From the sequence record OZ035759.1: a stretch of DNA of 64,000 bases, one strand, 5' to 3'. The position numbers were made by a program, and so were the translations under genes. Under the pieces are notes generated by a model. That model was given only the letters and a program-made list of their open reading frames with translations, did not search any database and was not told where the DNA came from. Positions 55,341 through 63,714 of this stretch are shown in pieces. How positions within the stretch are numbered: the stretch's first letter is position 1; every line of letters starts with the position of its first letter. The DNA is from Mosigvirus mar005p1.

Positions 55341-55601
55341 TTAAGCTTTACCGCCAGAAATAATTCCGAAGTTGTTAAAATCATATCCAATATCGTCAAC
55401 ATCTACTTTAGGGCTTGCTACAACATAAGCAATTTCACTACGTTTTGCATAGGTGTTGATTTCTTTACCATCGCCACCTAAGAAAGAATACCCATTACGT
55501 TTTAATGAGCCAAAGTCTTCGGCATCACCAACGAAAGCTTTAACTTTAAATTTAGGACCTTTGGCAACTGCTTCAGCGATAAATTCTTGATACATTTTCA
55601 T
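55341..55601 (-). CDS. internal protein (CTS leader MKMYQEFIAE)
   Basis: Track ORF 55341..55667 trimmed to MKMYQEFIAEA. Confidence 0.6.
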   Translation of the reverse strand: MKMYQEFIAEAVAKGPKFKVKAFVGDAEDFGSLKRNGYSFLGGDGKEINTYAKRSEIAYVVASPKVDVDDIGYDFNNFGIISGGKA

Positions 55602-55608
55602 TTTTTCC

Positions 55609-56022
55609 TTAGTAAATTGATTTACCATAGTATTTGTACCAAGTCGGACGTTGAGCAATTTTTTCATCTAAGCGTGCTTGACTTATCGCAATAGACGCTT
55701 CAGACGGGACATAATTATTACGAAATTCGACAGGGATGTCGGAAATATCCTGGACTGACGTGTCCTTGATTTTGAAACCACGTTTCAAACATTCAGCGAT
55801 TAGCTCGATTTGTCGTAAACGTAAAAATTCGAGTTTGTCGTAAAAGAATGTTACGTGACCTGTGCCTAAGATAAATGTTGGAGAGATTTTAAAATCCTTT
55901 ACACGTTTACCGTTTTGAACATGTTTACGGACTGCACCAAATACGCGTGGTAATTCACGATACTCAGCCATAAGATGTTGGTCGGTCAGTTCAGAAACAA
56001 GTGTTAAATTGATACGAGTCAT
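55609..56022 (-). CDS. denV: Endonuclease V (pyrimidine-dimer DNA glycosylase DenV)
   Basis: Trimmed to [12 protein letters not shown]...; near-identical to T4 endo V as recalled. Confidence 0.92.
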   Translation of the reverse strand: MTRINLTLVSELTDQHLMAEYRELPRVFGAVRKHVQNGKRVKDFKISPTFILGTGHVTFFYDKLEFLRLRQIELIAECLKRGFKIKDTSVQDISDIPVEFRNNYVPSEASIAISQARLDEKIAQRPTWYKYYGKSIY

Positions 56023-56049
56023 AATTTCCTCCAAGTAGTTGATAGATGT

Positions 56050-56079
56050 ATAGTATCAAAGTCCTTGGAGGAAGTAAAC
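56050..56079 (-). promoter_or_regulatory. T4-type early promoter upstream of denV
   Basis: Minus strand GTTTACTTCCTCC...18 nt...TACTAT. Confidence 0.5.
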
Positions 56080-56080
56080 A

Positions 56081-56362
56081 CTATTTTTCTGAAGCGCCTG
56101 AAATATATTTTTCAAGACGTTGTTTCATCAGCGAGCCGTTCTTAGCGATTTCTTCCGGTTTATCGCACATACGTAACAAGGCTTCAAGCTTAGCGATATC
56201 GCTGGTACGTTCAAATTTGCGAGTATCTATCTTACTAGCAAGTTCAGAAATACGTGCTAGTAGACTTTCGGCTTCAACCAAAGCTGCACCTAGCTTAGTT
56301 GCAAATGTGTCAGTAGCTTCGTTAAGAATAGATTCTGATAAAAATTCACTATATGTTTTCAT
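56081..56362 (-). CDS. internal protein (CTS leader [10 protein letters not shown])
   Basis: Track ORF 56081..56377 trimmed to MKTYSEF. Confidence 0.6.
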   Translation of the reverse strand: MKTYSEFLSESILNEATDTFATKLGAALVEAESLLARISELASKIDTRKFERTSDIAKLEALLRMCDKPEEIAKNGSLMKQRLEKYISGASEK

Positions 56363-56847
56363 ATATACGCTTTCCAAGTTCCTGTTTTAAATGTTGAGAT
56401 TACGCGTTTCGCGCGATTAGGTGTCTGACGATACCATTTAGATTGGGCGAGATTTACTGCCGCTTCATCCCAACGTTTCTGTTGAAGCATACGAAGAGAA
56501 TTAGTAAAACCGGCGACGCCTGATACACCCATTTGGAAGACCATATTGACCAATGCACATCGACGAACCGCATCTAAAGAATCATATACCGGTTTAAGTT
56601 TAGCATTACCCAAGATTCCGCGAACGGCTTTATCAACGTCTTCATTAAATAGCTTTTCAGCCTCATCAAGGGTAATTGTACCGTTGCATTTACGACCGAT
56701 CATTCTGTCAAGTTCAGCTTTAGCTACGGCTAAAGACGGGTTCTTTGTTACTAAATGGCCTATGCCAATCGTCCAAAAGCCTTCAGTGTCTTTGTATAAA
56801 GTCAGTCTAAGACCTTCGTCATTACGAAGCATTTCAAATATATTCAT
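56359..56847 (-). CDS. e: Endolysin (T4 lysozyme e)
   Basis: Trimmed to MNIFEMLR...; catalytic E11/D20/T26 context DEGLRL..YKDTEG..TIGIGH; colinear with T4 lysozyme. Confidence 0.93.
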   Translation of the reverse strand: MNIFEMLRNDEGLRLTLYKDTEGFWTIGIGHLVTKNPSLAVAKAELDRMIGRKCNGTITLDEAEKLFNEDVDKAVRGILGNAKLKPVYDSLDAVRRCALVNMVFQMGVSGVAGFTNSLRMLQQKRWDEAAVNLAQSKWYRQTPNRAKRVISTFKTGTWKAYI

Positions 56848-56881
56848 AATACCTCCCACGTTTATAGGAGGTATTTATTAC

Positions 56882-57340
56882 TTATAGGAGGGTAGTGAGC
56901 ACCTTATATAATGATTTACCCATTACATATTCCCATTGAGAAGGTTTAATTAAAGCGAATGCATCAAATTCAGGAATCTGTCGTCCGTCTGGGAATGTAT
57001 GATAGGAATTACAAACACTGTTTCTGAATTGCTCGTGCTCTACAGGGATGGTATATAGGAACAGATGAATATTCTTATTATCTGAGTAATGATGTTCACC
57101 TAGGTCTTTCAGGAAGGCAGGGTCATATTGTGTAAACCCAGTTTCTTCTTCGCATTCACGAATAGCGGCTTCAATAGGAGATTCACCGGGCTCGACACGT
57201 CCTTTAGGAATATCCCACCGATGAGCTAAAGAACCTTTAGGACGAGAACCAGTTACACGCCCCATGAATAATTCTTTATCTTCGGTAAGGAAAATAATAC
57301 CGGCTGATAGTTCTTTCACTTTATTTTTCTTACTCATCAT
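56882..57340 (-). CDS. nudE: Nudix hydrolase NudE-like
   Basis: 152 aa; Nudix box GRVEPGESPIEAAIRECEEETG. Confidence 0.8.
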   Translation of the reverse strand: MMSKKNKVKELSAGIIFLTEDKELFMGRVTGSRPKGSLAHRWDIPKGRVEPGESPIEAAIRECEEETGFTQYDPAFLKDLGEHHYSDNKNIHLFLYTIPVEHEQFRNSVCNSYHTFPDGRQIPEFDAFALIKPSQWEYVMGKSLYKVLTTLL

Positions 57341-57581
57341 CTCGGCCCCATGATTTGGCCATTAATTCGGACATAAATTCTTCAATGCGCGTTTCTTTAG
57401 ATGGACTTTCACTATTAGAGACCGCAAGTTTGTAATCTGCAATAGGACAGAACATATCAAGGTCCATATTAAGATCGTCTTTGATTTTTTCTTCTGACAC
57501 ATCTTTATCGTATGTGTACAGATAACTATCACATGATTCTGATTTAATGTAAATTGCTATACTCATCTCAAATTCCTGCAT
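57330..57581 (-). CDS. hypothetical acidic protein
   Basis: 83-aa ORF. Confidence 0.5.
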   Translation of the reverse strand: MQEFEMSIAIYIKSESCDSYLYTYDKDVSEEKIKDDLNMDLDMFCPIADYKLAVSNSESPSKETRIEEFMSELMAKSWGRDDE

Positions 57582-58054
57582 TCGGTAATAAAACGTTCAA
57601 CTTCATTATTCTTGGCTTTTATCTTGTCTTTATGTTCTTGTAAACTACTTTTAACAAGATTAATAATGATGCCTACAGTACCTCCACCAATAATACCACC
57701 AACAACACTTATGATAATAGATGCTAATAAGATAGCAATAATATCAACAAAACCGAAAGAACTCACCTTAGTACTGAAAAACCATACCGACGGTACAAAT
57801 ATAATCCATCCTGTTATCCATTGGCACTTATTGAAAAACTTTTCAAGCTCAGCTTGAGTTGTTCGTATTACTTCATCGATAGGTTGATATCCATTAATGT
57901 ATCTGTTCACAATAATACCTGCTGGCTGGTCGATTTTAAATTCTTGGCAAATATGTTTCACTAAGTAGGATGGACATCCTGTCCAATCCACTGAATAGTA
58001 CGAAATACCTTCATTGCCGTCGTCTATATTAGACCAATATGTTTTGTTAATCAT
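57563..58054 (-). CDS. membrane protein, xFIxECR C-terminal-motif family
   Basis: 163 aa; TM helices; C-terminus ...ERFITECRNLR. Confidence 0.55.
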   Translation of the reverse strand: MINKTYWSNIDDGNEGISYYSVDWTGCPSYLVKHICQEFKIDQPAGIIVNRYINGYQPIDEVIRTTQAELEKFFNKCQWITGWIIFVPSVWFFSTKVSSFGFVDIIAILLASIIISVVGGIIGGGTVGIIINLVKSSLQEHKDKIKAKNNEVERFITECRNLR

Positions 58055-58740
58055 TACCAGCCTTCCATAGGGAATTCCAGATAAACTTGGGCATTGACAC
58101 GAATTTCATTGGTAATCTTTTTAACTCGGTCTGTATTACGAGATACACGTCCGAACCAACGCCATCCGTTACTAATTGCACGAGAACCAGTGTGCCATGT
58201 TTGCCAATCAAACTGAAGAAGAGTACGATCTGGAGCTTCCCATTTCTCTAGTTCACCTTTTTCAATTTTTTCGAGGACTTCTTTGTGCCACTGGCGATAG
58301 ATAAGTTCGCCATCAGGAATCTGACTGAACTCTGCAGTTCCTGTTGCAAAATGAGTAGGACACACGTCAGCGTTAACAAGACCAAGAATATGTTCAGAAT
58401 GGTAACGAGGGTTGTCATAGTCAGGTTGTCCTGCAGTAATAAAGTGTTGACCAACTGGAATATCAGGGCGTGGAACATCGTCATGGTGATATCCAGGAAT
58501 AGCAGGGTACCAGCCAGGCATCAGCATGTGGACTCGTGAATCAAATACTACATCCGAGTCTTTCCAATCGTCAGGAAGATTTTGGATAAAGCTACGAGTA
58601 ATTGGGCCGCCATTATCAAAAGCAAAATTCAAATCGCAGTTAAAGAACATAGGCTCGTTTTTAATCTGGTCGTTTTTAATCGCATGAGCAAAACCACCTA
58701 CTGCACGAGCTTGACTATTAAACACTTTAGAACTATTCAT
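58054..58740 (-). CDS. hypothetical protein (His/Asp-rich, possible metal-dependent enzyme)
   Basis: 228-aa ORF; no confident family assignment. Confidence 0.5.
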   Translation of the reverse strand: MNSSKVFNSQARAVGGFAHAIKNDQIKNEPMFFNCDLNFAFDNGGPITRSFIQNLPDDWKDSDVVFDSRVHMLMPGWYPAIPGYHHDDVPRPDIPVGQHFITAGQPDYDNPRYHSEHILGLVNADVCPTHFATGTAEFSQIPDGELIYRQWHKEVLEKIEKGELEKWEAPDRTLLQFDWQTWHTGSRAISNGWRWFGRVSRNTDRVKKITNEIRVNAQVYLEFPMEGW

Positions 58741-58741
58741 A

Positions 58742-59047
58742 TTATTTTCCTCGGCATTCTTTAATGAAATTTTCTAGATTGGTAGATTCAATAGCTTTTT
58801 TACGAGCTTCTGCGTGTTCTTCTTCGGACAATTTACGTTTATAATTGACCCAGACATTATGGTCGAAACCAGACGTGGCATATAATAACAAAGCTCCAAC
58901 GAATAGCAAAAATGGTGATAAAAATATACAACCAGGAACACCATCCATACTGTAAGCCTTTTGTAATACTGCAACAGAAAGAGTTGCGTAAAAAGGTGAT
59001 GCAAGTATTGTTAAAAGACCAATTCGATTGGTTTCTGTTAATTTCAT
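58742..59047 (-). CDS. membrane protein, xFIxECR C-terminal-motif family
   Basis: 101 aa; C-terminus ...ENFIKECRGK. Confidence 0.55.
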   Translation of the reverse strand: MKLTETNRIGLLTILASPFYATLSVAVLQKAYSMDGVPGCIFLSPFLLFVGALLLYATSGFDHNVWVNYKRKLSEEEHAEARKKAIESTNLENFIKECRGK

Positions 59048-59075
59048 AATATTCTCCTCATGTTTTAATAGGACT

Positions 59076-59105
59076 ACTATAACATAGTCCTATAATTGTG
59101 TAAAC
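59076..59105 (-). promoter_or_regulatory. T4-type early promoter
   Basis: Minus strand GTTTACA-~18 nt-TATAGT within GGACTACTATAACATAGTCC cassette. Confidence 0.5.
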
Positions 59106-59117
59106 AGTTTTGTGAAG

Positions 59118-60074
59118 TTATTTGAAAGGTTTTACCATATGGAAATTTTGTTTGAAACGTTTGACGTAATCATTTTTGCCGAGCTTATGATACATAGCCA
59201 CTACTTCATAATAGTTCTCGTATGCGTACTCACGGAACCAACCAGAGGTGATGCTTGTGCAGACTTTTTCTAATGCCATCATGAAACTGGCTTCAGGGTT
59301 AATTTTAAAGTCATTAGGAATCTGAGAACGTTCTAACGCTAGTACACATGATTCTTCGTATACGCCGGCCAATTTGACCATTTCTGGTAATGATTCGAAC
59401 TTCTCGCGTGAGGTCATGACTTCAGAACCATCTTTCATATAAAATGTATACGCTGGACGGTCTGTTAGTGCAATGGCTTCATGAATAGTATCATGGTCAT
59501 ATGTATAGATGTCATCTTTAAAGAACGCACTTTTAGAAGTGTCAAGAACTGGGTGAGCATAATTCAAGGTTTCTTTCTGGCGTTTCAGCATAATTTCAGT
59601 AAGTTCATCGTTCAGTGTAACACCTTTACCACGAAGATACTGAATATGGTTCATAGTCTTTAAAAAGAATGGATTATTTTTCTTGAAACGATGAGACATC
59701 TTAATTGCAAGACATATCTCGGGAGTTGCCCAGTAAAACCCGTTCAAACGGTCTTTAGTCAAATTTTTCTTGGCATATTTTAAAAGGTCATAAGAAGACG
59801 TGAAATCTTCAGGAGTGAGTTCACCAACTAATTCACGGACATTAGTGATTGCCGGAACAATATATGCTTCAAAATGAGTTTCGCGTCCATTATGGAAGCA
59901 TTTGAAAACTTGGACATCAGGGTTATCTTGGTGAACATATACACCCATCATTTGATTTTTGAATGCATTCCAAGAACATTGGTCCGCAATAAAGTCCCAA
60001 TCACTATTTTTGATAGCGCTAGAATCAATAAGACCGTGATAGTGAAGTGCACGAGAACCAATAACTAACAACAT
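59118..60074 (-). CDS. hypothetical protein
   Basis: 318-aa ORF. Confidence 0.55.
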   Translation of the reverse strand: MLLVIGSRALHYHGLIDSSAIKNSDWDFIADQCSWNAFKNQMMGVYVHQDNPDVQVFKCFHNGRETHFEAYIVPAITNVRELVGELTPEDFTSSYDLLKYAKKNLTKDRLNGFYWATPEICLAIKMSHRFKKNNPFFLKTMNHIQYLRGKGVTLNDELTEIMLKRQKETLNYAHPVLDTSKSAFFKDDIYTYDHDTIHEAIALTDRPAYTFYMKDGSEVMTSREKFESLPEMVKLAGVYEESCVLALERSQIPNDFKINPEASFMMALEKVCTSITSGWFREYAYENYYEVVAMYHKLGKNDYVKRFKQNFHMVKPFK

Positions 60075-60102
60075 AATATTTTCCTCGGATTAATTCATTA
60101 AC

Positions 60103-60354
60103 TTAAATTTCACGACATGCGATATTATATTCATCCCAGAGGTCATCATGTGAAGCCTCTACCAATGGAACGATTGTACCGTTTATGTCTTCATTATAAG
60201 GGCAAATTGTACAGTGCGCATCTTCGAATCGGATGCCTTTGTGTTCAGATTTTTTATAACGCATATCGAATATCTTTGCAAACTTTTCACGAGTAATGGT
60301 TTTACCAACCACTTTGGTTCCGATACTTTCGTAATAAATCATTGTGGACTCCAT
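60103..60354 (-). CDS. hypothetical protein
   Basis: 83-aa ORF. Confidence 0.5.
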   Translation of the reverse strand: MESTMIYYESIGTKVVGKTITREKFAKIFDMRYKKSEHKGIRFEDAHCTICPYNEDINGTIVPLVEASHDDLWDEYNIACREI

Positions 60355-60370
60355 TTGTTTTGATAGGACT

Positions 60371-60400
60371 ACTATAACATAGCCCTATCTTGTTGTAAAC
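60371..60400 (-). promoter_or_regulatory. T4-type early promoter
   Basis: Minus strand GTTTACA-~18 nt-TATAGT. Confidence 0.5.
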
Positions 60401-60404
60401 TGTT

Positions 60405-60602
60405 TTAGCAAGAATAACTAGATGATACCCAGCCTTGAACAGTGATACTATTGTGGGATAATGAGATCGCGTCCTGGAGATTCAGACCTGCGTTATCTTC
60501 AATCCATAATGTAACTTCTTCGCGTTCTTCTGTTGCAATTTGGAACAGGTTTTCCAGAGCAGCTACTGCCGTACGTACAGCACAATCTAATTCACGAGAC
60601 AT
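60405..60602 (-). CDS. small protein, WV(S/A)SSxxC C-terminal family (member 1)
   Basis: 65 aa; C-terminus QGWVSSSYSC. Confidence 0.5.
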   Translation of the reverse strand: MSRELDCAVRTAVAALENLFQIATEEREEVTLWIEDNAGLNLQDAISLSHNSITVQGWVSSSYSC

Positions 60603-60611
60603 ATTGTTTCC

Positions 60612-60884
60612 TTAGCAAGTGTGAGAAGATGCGACCCAACCACCAGTTTCGAGGCTCAGGTTGTAGTCGTATTGGTAAACGTCGGCCCATTCAGCATAGC
60701 CGTTTTTTGTACAACGTTCAAGATCGGCTTTAAGATGTCCGGGTGAATGATAGGTTCCACCCATACCATAAGCTGGATACAAGTCGAATGTTGTGTTTTG
60801 TTTATCAGCAATTTCTTTGGCAGCCTCAATAGCAGCATAGATTTTTGCTACAGCTTCAGCCAGTTCGGTTTGTTCTTTAGACAT
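60612..60884 (-). CDS. small protein, WV(S/A)SSxxC C-terminal family (member 2)
   Basis: 90 aa; C-terminus GGWVASSHTC. Confidence 0.5.
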   Translation of the reverse strand: MSKEQTELAEAVAKIYAAIEAAKEIADKQNTTFDLYPAYGMGGTYHSPGHLKADLERCTKNGYAEWADVYQYDYNLSLETGGWVASSHTC

Positions 60885-60893
60885 AATGATTCC

Positions 60894-61199
60894 TTAGCAC
60901 AACGCAGAAGACGAAACCCAAGCACCTTCAGTAATAACGTAACCATTACCTTCACGCTTAACATCGCCACCATTATTTTCAATTTCATCTTTCATCCACT
61001 GGGATACGATTTCACCCTTAGGATAATAAGTACGACCGCTACCATAATCACCTACAGAAAACGATACTGCATATTGGTCTGCGATCTTTGTTGCTTCTTC
61101 TTCGATACGTTCAGCTTGATTCAGAAGTTTATAAATTGCATCTGAAGCAGATTTGGCATCATTAAACTCTGGTACTTTAATTTCAATAATCTTACTCAT
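60894..61199 (-). CDS. small protein, WV(S/A)SSxxC C-terminal family (member 3)
   Basis: 101 aa; C-terminus GAWVSSSALC. Confidence 0.5.
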   Translation of the reverse strand: MSKIIEIKVPEFNDAKSASDAIYKLLNQAERIEEEATKIADQYAVSFSVGDYGSGRTYYPKGEIVSQWMKDEIENNGGDVKREGNGYVITEGAWVSSSALC

Positions 61200-61555
61200 T
61201 TTCTACATTCCTTAATAAAGTTTTCGATTGTTTCATTTTCACGTCTAGCTAGGAGTTCATTATAACTAATCATTTGAGAAGCGTAAACCTTTTTATTTTT
61301 CTTGTTATGGTTTATAAAATCATAGTAAAAATAGACTACAGTACAAAATGATGCGATGGATGCAAAGGCTTGGGTATACCGTAAGTCCTGCCATTGGTCT
61401 GTGAATCCGCCGGTATTCCCTATAAATCCTAACACAACTCCGTCAATAAGAAATCCAACTAATCCAAAGGCAAATCCCATGCCAATACCCATAATAAAAA
61501 TTAGAATGTTCTCACCAAGAGAAGGCCATACGGTTAAGAGTTGAGGCTTTTGCAT
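61196..61555 (-). CDS. membrane protein, xFIxECR C-terminal-motif family
   Basis: 119 aa; C-terminus ...ENFIKECRK. Confidence 0.55.
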   Translation of the reverse strand: MQKPQLLTVWPSLGENILIFIMGIGMGFAFGLVGFLIDGVVLGFIGNTGGFTDQWQDLRYTQAFASIASFCTVVYFYYDFINHNKKNKKVYASQMISYNELLARRENETIENFIKECRK

Positions 61556-61959
61556 CTTATTTCCTTAACGAATTCCATAGCTTCTTCATATTCATACTTT
61601 TTAACAGCTTCATCATACTGAGCTTGGGCTTTTGCGCACTGAACTTTCCATTCTCTTAATCGGGCTCTGTGATGACGGCCTTGGTGCCAATATCCCACCC
61701 AATTAATAGGCATTAATAAAAACGGTACAATAAGTGGTGCGACGAACATTAATGAAAATGCTGCATCAGACGATATAACTTTATTGGAATCTAAAACAGC
61801 TCCTATAATCATAAAGATTAAAAATGCTAAAGCTAAAATAGGGCCAAATAGTACTTCGTTTGGGATTAATTTACGTTTGTATTCGTATGCCCAGGGCTTA
61901 ATTGGCATGTACAGGGTTGGCTTTGACATATTCTCTACATTCCATAATAAATTGCTCAA
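61534..61959 (-). CDS. membrane protein, related C-terminal motif (EFVKEIRCK)
   Basis: 141-aa ORF with TM helices. Confidence 0.5.
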   Translation of the reverse strand: MSNLLWNVENMSKPTLYMPIKPWAYEYKRKLIPNEVLFGPILALAFLIFMIIGAVLDSNKVISSDAAFSLMFVAPLIVPFLLMPINWVGYWHQGRHHRARLREWKVQCAKAQAQYDEAVKKYEYEEAMEFVKEIRCKSLNS

Positions 61960-62515
61960 GGATTAAATTGTTAGTGAAATTAGGACTAACAACCATAGTT
62001 TCATAAAGCGCATCAATAGCACTTAAAGCATCAACTCTTTTAAGCAAAGGCTTGCCTTCATACATAGTTTCAGAATCGACGATTAAAGTGAAGTAGTATT
62101 TTTTATTATTGACCAGAACTTCTGTATCAATATAAAACATGTTAGACCTTAAAAGCTTGTCTCTAAAACCATAATAATCTTTAGAGCGTTCGCTGATATA
62201 TTCCCATTCAGTGTTTAAACAACAAACAGACCATGTAGGAGCAACGAAATCGGTGAATCTAATATCATGGTCTGCAACTAGTTTAGCAATAGCTCCGATA
62301 TCATGAATCATAATACCTGGGGCTAATAAAGATTTTCGGTTATTTGCATATTCAGTTGTCTCATAAGAAGACGACCAGTACCATTTACGTCCAGTTGCAA
62401 CATATCGTAATGAATCAACTAAAGACGTAGGTGGATTTACCTTATCTCGGAACTCTTCGAACATTGAGTCAATATCATTATTTTGGTTTCGCATGTTAAC
62501 TCCTTTATTATCCAA
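61898..62515 (-). CDS. hypothetical protein with C-terminal QFIMECR motif
   Basis: 205-aa ORF. Confidence 0.5.
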   Translation of the reverse strand: MDNKGVNMRNQNNDIDSMFEEFRDKVNPPTSLVDSLRYVATGRKWYWSSSYETTEYANNRKSLLAPGIMIHDIGAIAKLVADHDIRFTDFVAPTWSVCCLNTEWEYISERSKDYYGFRDKLLRSNMFYIDTEVLVNNKKYYFTLIVDSETMYEGKPLLKRVDALSAIDALYETMVVSPNFTNNLILEQFIMECREYVKANPVHAN

Positions 62516-62526
62516 AAGGAGGACCG
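62500..62526 (-). terminator. Rho-independent terminator
   Basis: Minus strand GGAGGAC-UCCG-GUCCUCC followed by UUUUGG. Confidence 0.6.
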
Positions 62527-62543
62527 GAGTCCTCCGTATTATT

Positions 62544-63152
62544 TTATTTCAAAGAGTTAATATATTCTTGTACATCAGCAGAAGTGGTTTCGACACCGGC
62601 TGGAGTGCCATTGAACGTTTCAACACGAGTTAGAGTGTCTTCGATATCAACCTTAGTCAGTGCAGCGATTTCAATTACATCATCGGCCGTAGAGATACCA
62701 AGGGCATTGGCTGCTCGAGTTTCACGAATGTATTCAAGTTTGATTGCCAGGTTCTGACGAGCATCATCAAGTTCAACCACCTTACGAGCAATTTCAATTC
62801 GCATAGCGGCATACCCGTCAGCTTTTGTATTAAGTTGTTCGGCAGTTCGACGATACAGAAGACCAAGCTTAGCATGCATAGTAACATCTTGTCCTTCGGC
62901 CAGGAGCTTACGAATTTCACGTTCCTTAGAAGCGGCTTGCTTGTTCTTTTCATTAACAAGTTCGCGAATACGTTTTTCTTCATTAATAGATTTAACAGAA
63001 GCCGTTTTTAGTTCTTTGATTTGGGTAATCAACTTATCTGCAGCTGCGTTATACTGTTCTTCGACAGTCAGATTTTTAGCCATAGCAGTACCCAGTTTAG
63101 TGCGGATGAATTCAACAAGTTTCTTCAGTGTGTTCATATTATTACCTTTCAA
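62544..63152 (-). CDS. coiled-coil protein (PspA/IM30-like?)
   Basis: 202 aa, predominantly helical heptad-rich sequence; family assignment tentative. Confidence 0.45.
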   Translation of the reverse strand: MKGNNMNTLKKLVEFIRTKLGTAMAKNLTVEEQYNAAADKLITQIKELKTASVKSINEEKRIRELVNEKNKQAASKEREIRKLLAEGQDVTMHAKLGLLYRRTAEQLNTKADGYAAMRIEIARKVVELDDARQNLAIKLEYIRETRAANALGISTADDVIEIAALTKVDIEDTLTRVETFNGTPAGVETTSADVQEYINSLK

Positions 63153-63207
63153 TTGGTGGTTTATTATCCAACGAGAGCATTATACTCTGCTCTCAAGAGT
63201 TTGTAAA

Positions 63208-63435
63208 TTATTTTTTAATCAAATTGACATAAAACTTGGCGTCTTCAGGGTGCATACCTTCGCAGTATTCTTCAACCATGAACTTCTTAACAGCTTCATA
63301 AGGACCACTCAGATTAAGCTCAGTTGTCCAGAACTTGGAATCTTGGACTGAATCGATACGAACTTCAGGGTGGCGGTTGCGAATAACTTCTTCGGTGTAT
63401 TCATAATCAACGACATCAATACTAACTTTAGCCAT
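63208..63435 (-). CDS. hypothetical acidic protein
   Basis: 75-aa ORF. Confidence 0.5.
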   Translation of the reverse strand: MAKVSIDVVDYEYTEEVIRNRHPEVRIDSVQDSKFWTTELNLSGPYEAVKKFMVEEYCEGMHPEDAKFYVNLIKK

Positions 63436-63481
63436 TTTGTTTTCCTCTTGATTTGATGTGATTACTATAACATAAACTTAC

Positions 63482-63646
63482 TTAGATGTAAATTATTTCA
63501 ACGTCACCTTTAGCTGCTTTATAACCTTCAGCCCAAGATACAACAGAGTTTTTATCTGAGGATTCAAATTCAGGCATTGGACTTTCACCAATATTCACAC
63601 AGTACGTTTCTTCATTTTCATCGAACCAAATAATTAAAGTAGTCAT
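63482..63646 (-). CDS. small hypothetical protein (54 aa)
   Basis: ORF below track threshold, flanked by early-promoter cassettes. Confidence 0.3.
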   Translation of the reverse strand: MTTLIIWFDENEETYCVNIGESPMPEFESSDKNSVVSWAEGYKAAKGDVEIIYI

Positions 63647-63714
63647 TTTGTTTACTCCTCTGTAGTTGATAAGTCTATAGTATCACCGTCCTTGGTGCTT
63701 GTACATCGTTATTT

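Noticed and set aside
58248-60838. Nested ORFs 58248..58484, 58285..58539, 58774..59004, 59481..59663, 59874..60068 and 60656..60838
   Set aside because: Contained within longer ORFs on the same or opposite strand; no independent support.
62675-63351. ORFs 62675..62983 (-), 62941..63351 (+) and 63021..63206 (+)
   Set aside because: Overlap the coiled-coil gene and the adjacent minus-strand gene; plus-strand ORFs lack RBS and run against operon polarity.
10920-63700. Possible CRISPR array or MITE-like repeats suggested by recurring ~30-bp near-identical sequences
   Set aside because: Repeats are always intergenic, irregularly spaced by whole genes, and match T4 early promoter architecture (-35 GTTTAC / -10 TATAAT); they are promoters, not a CRISPR array.
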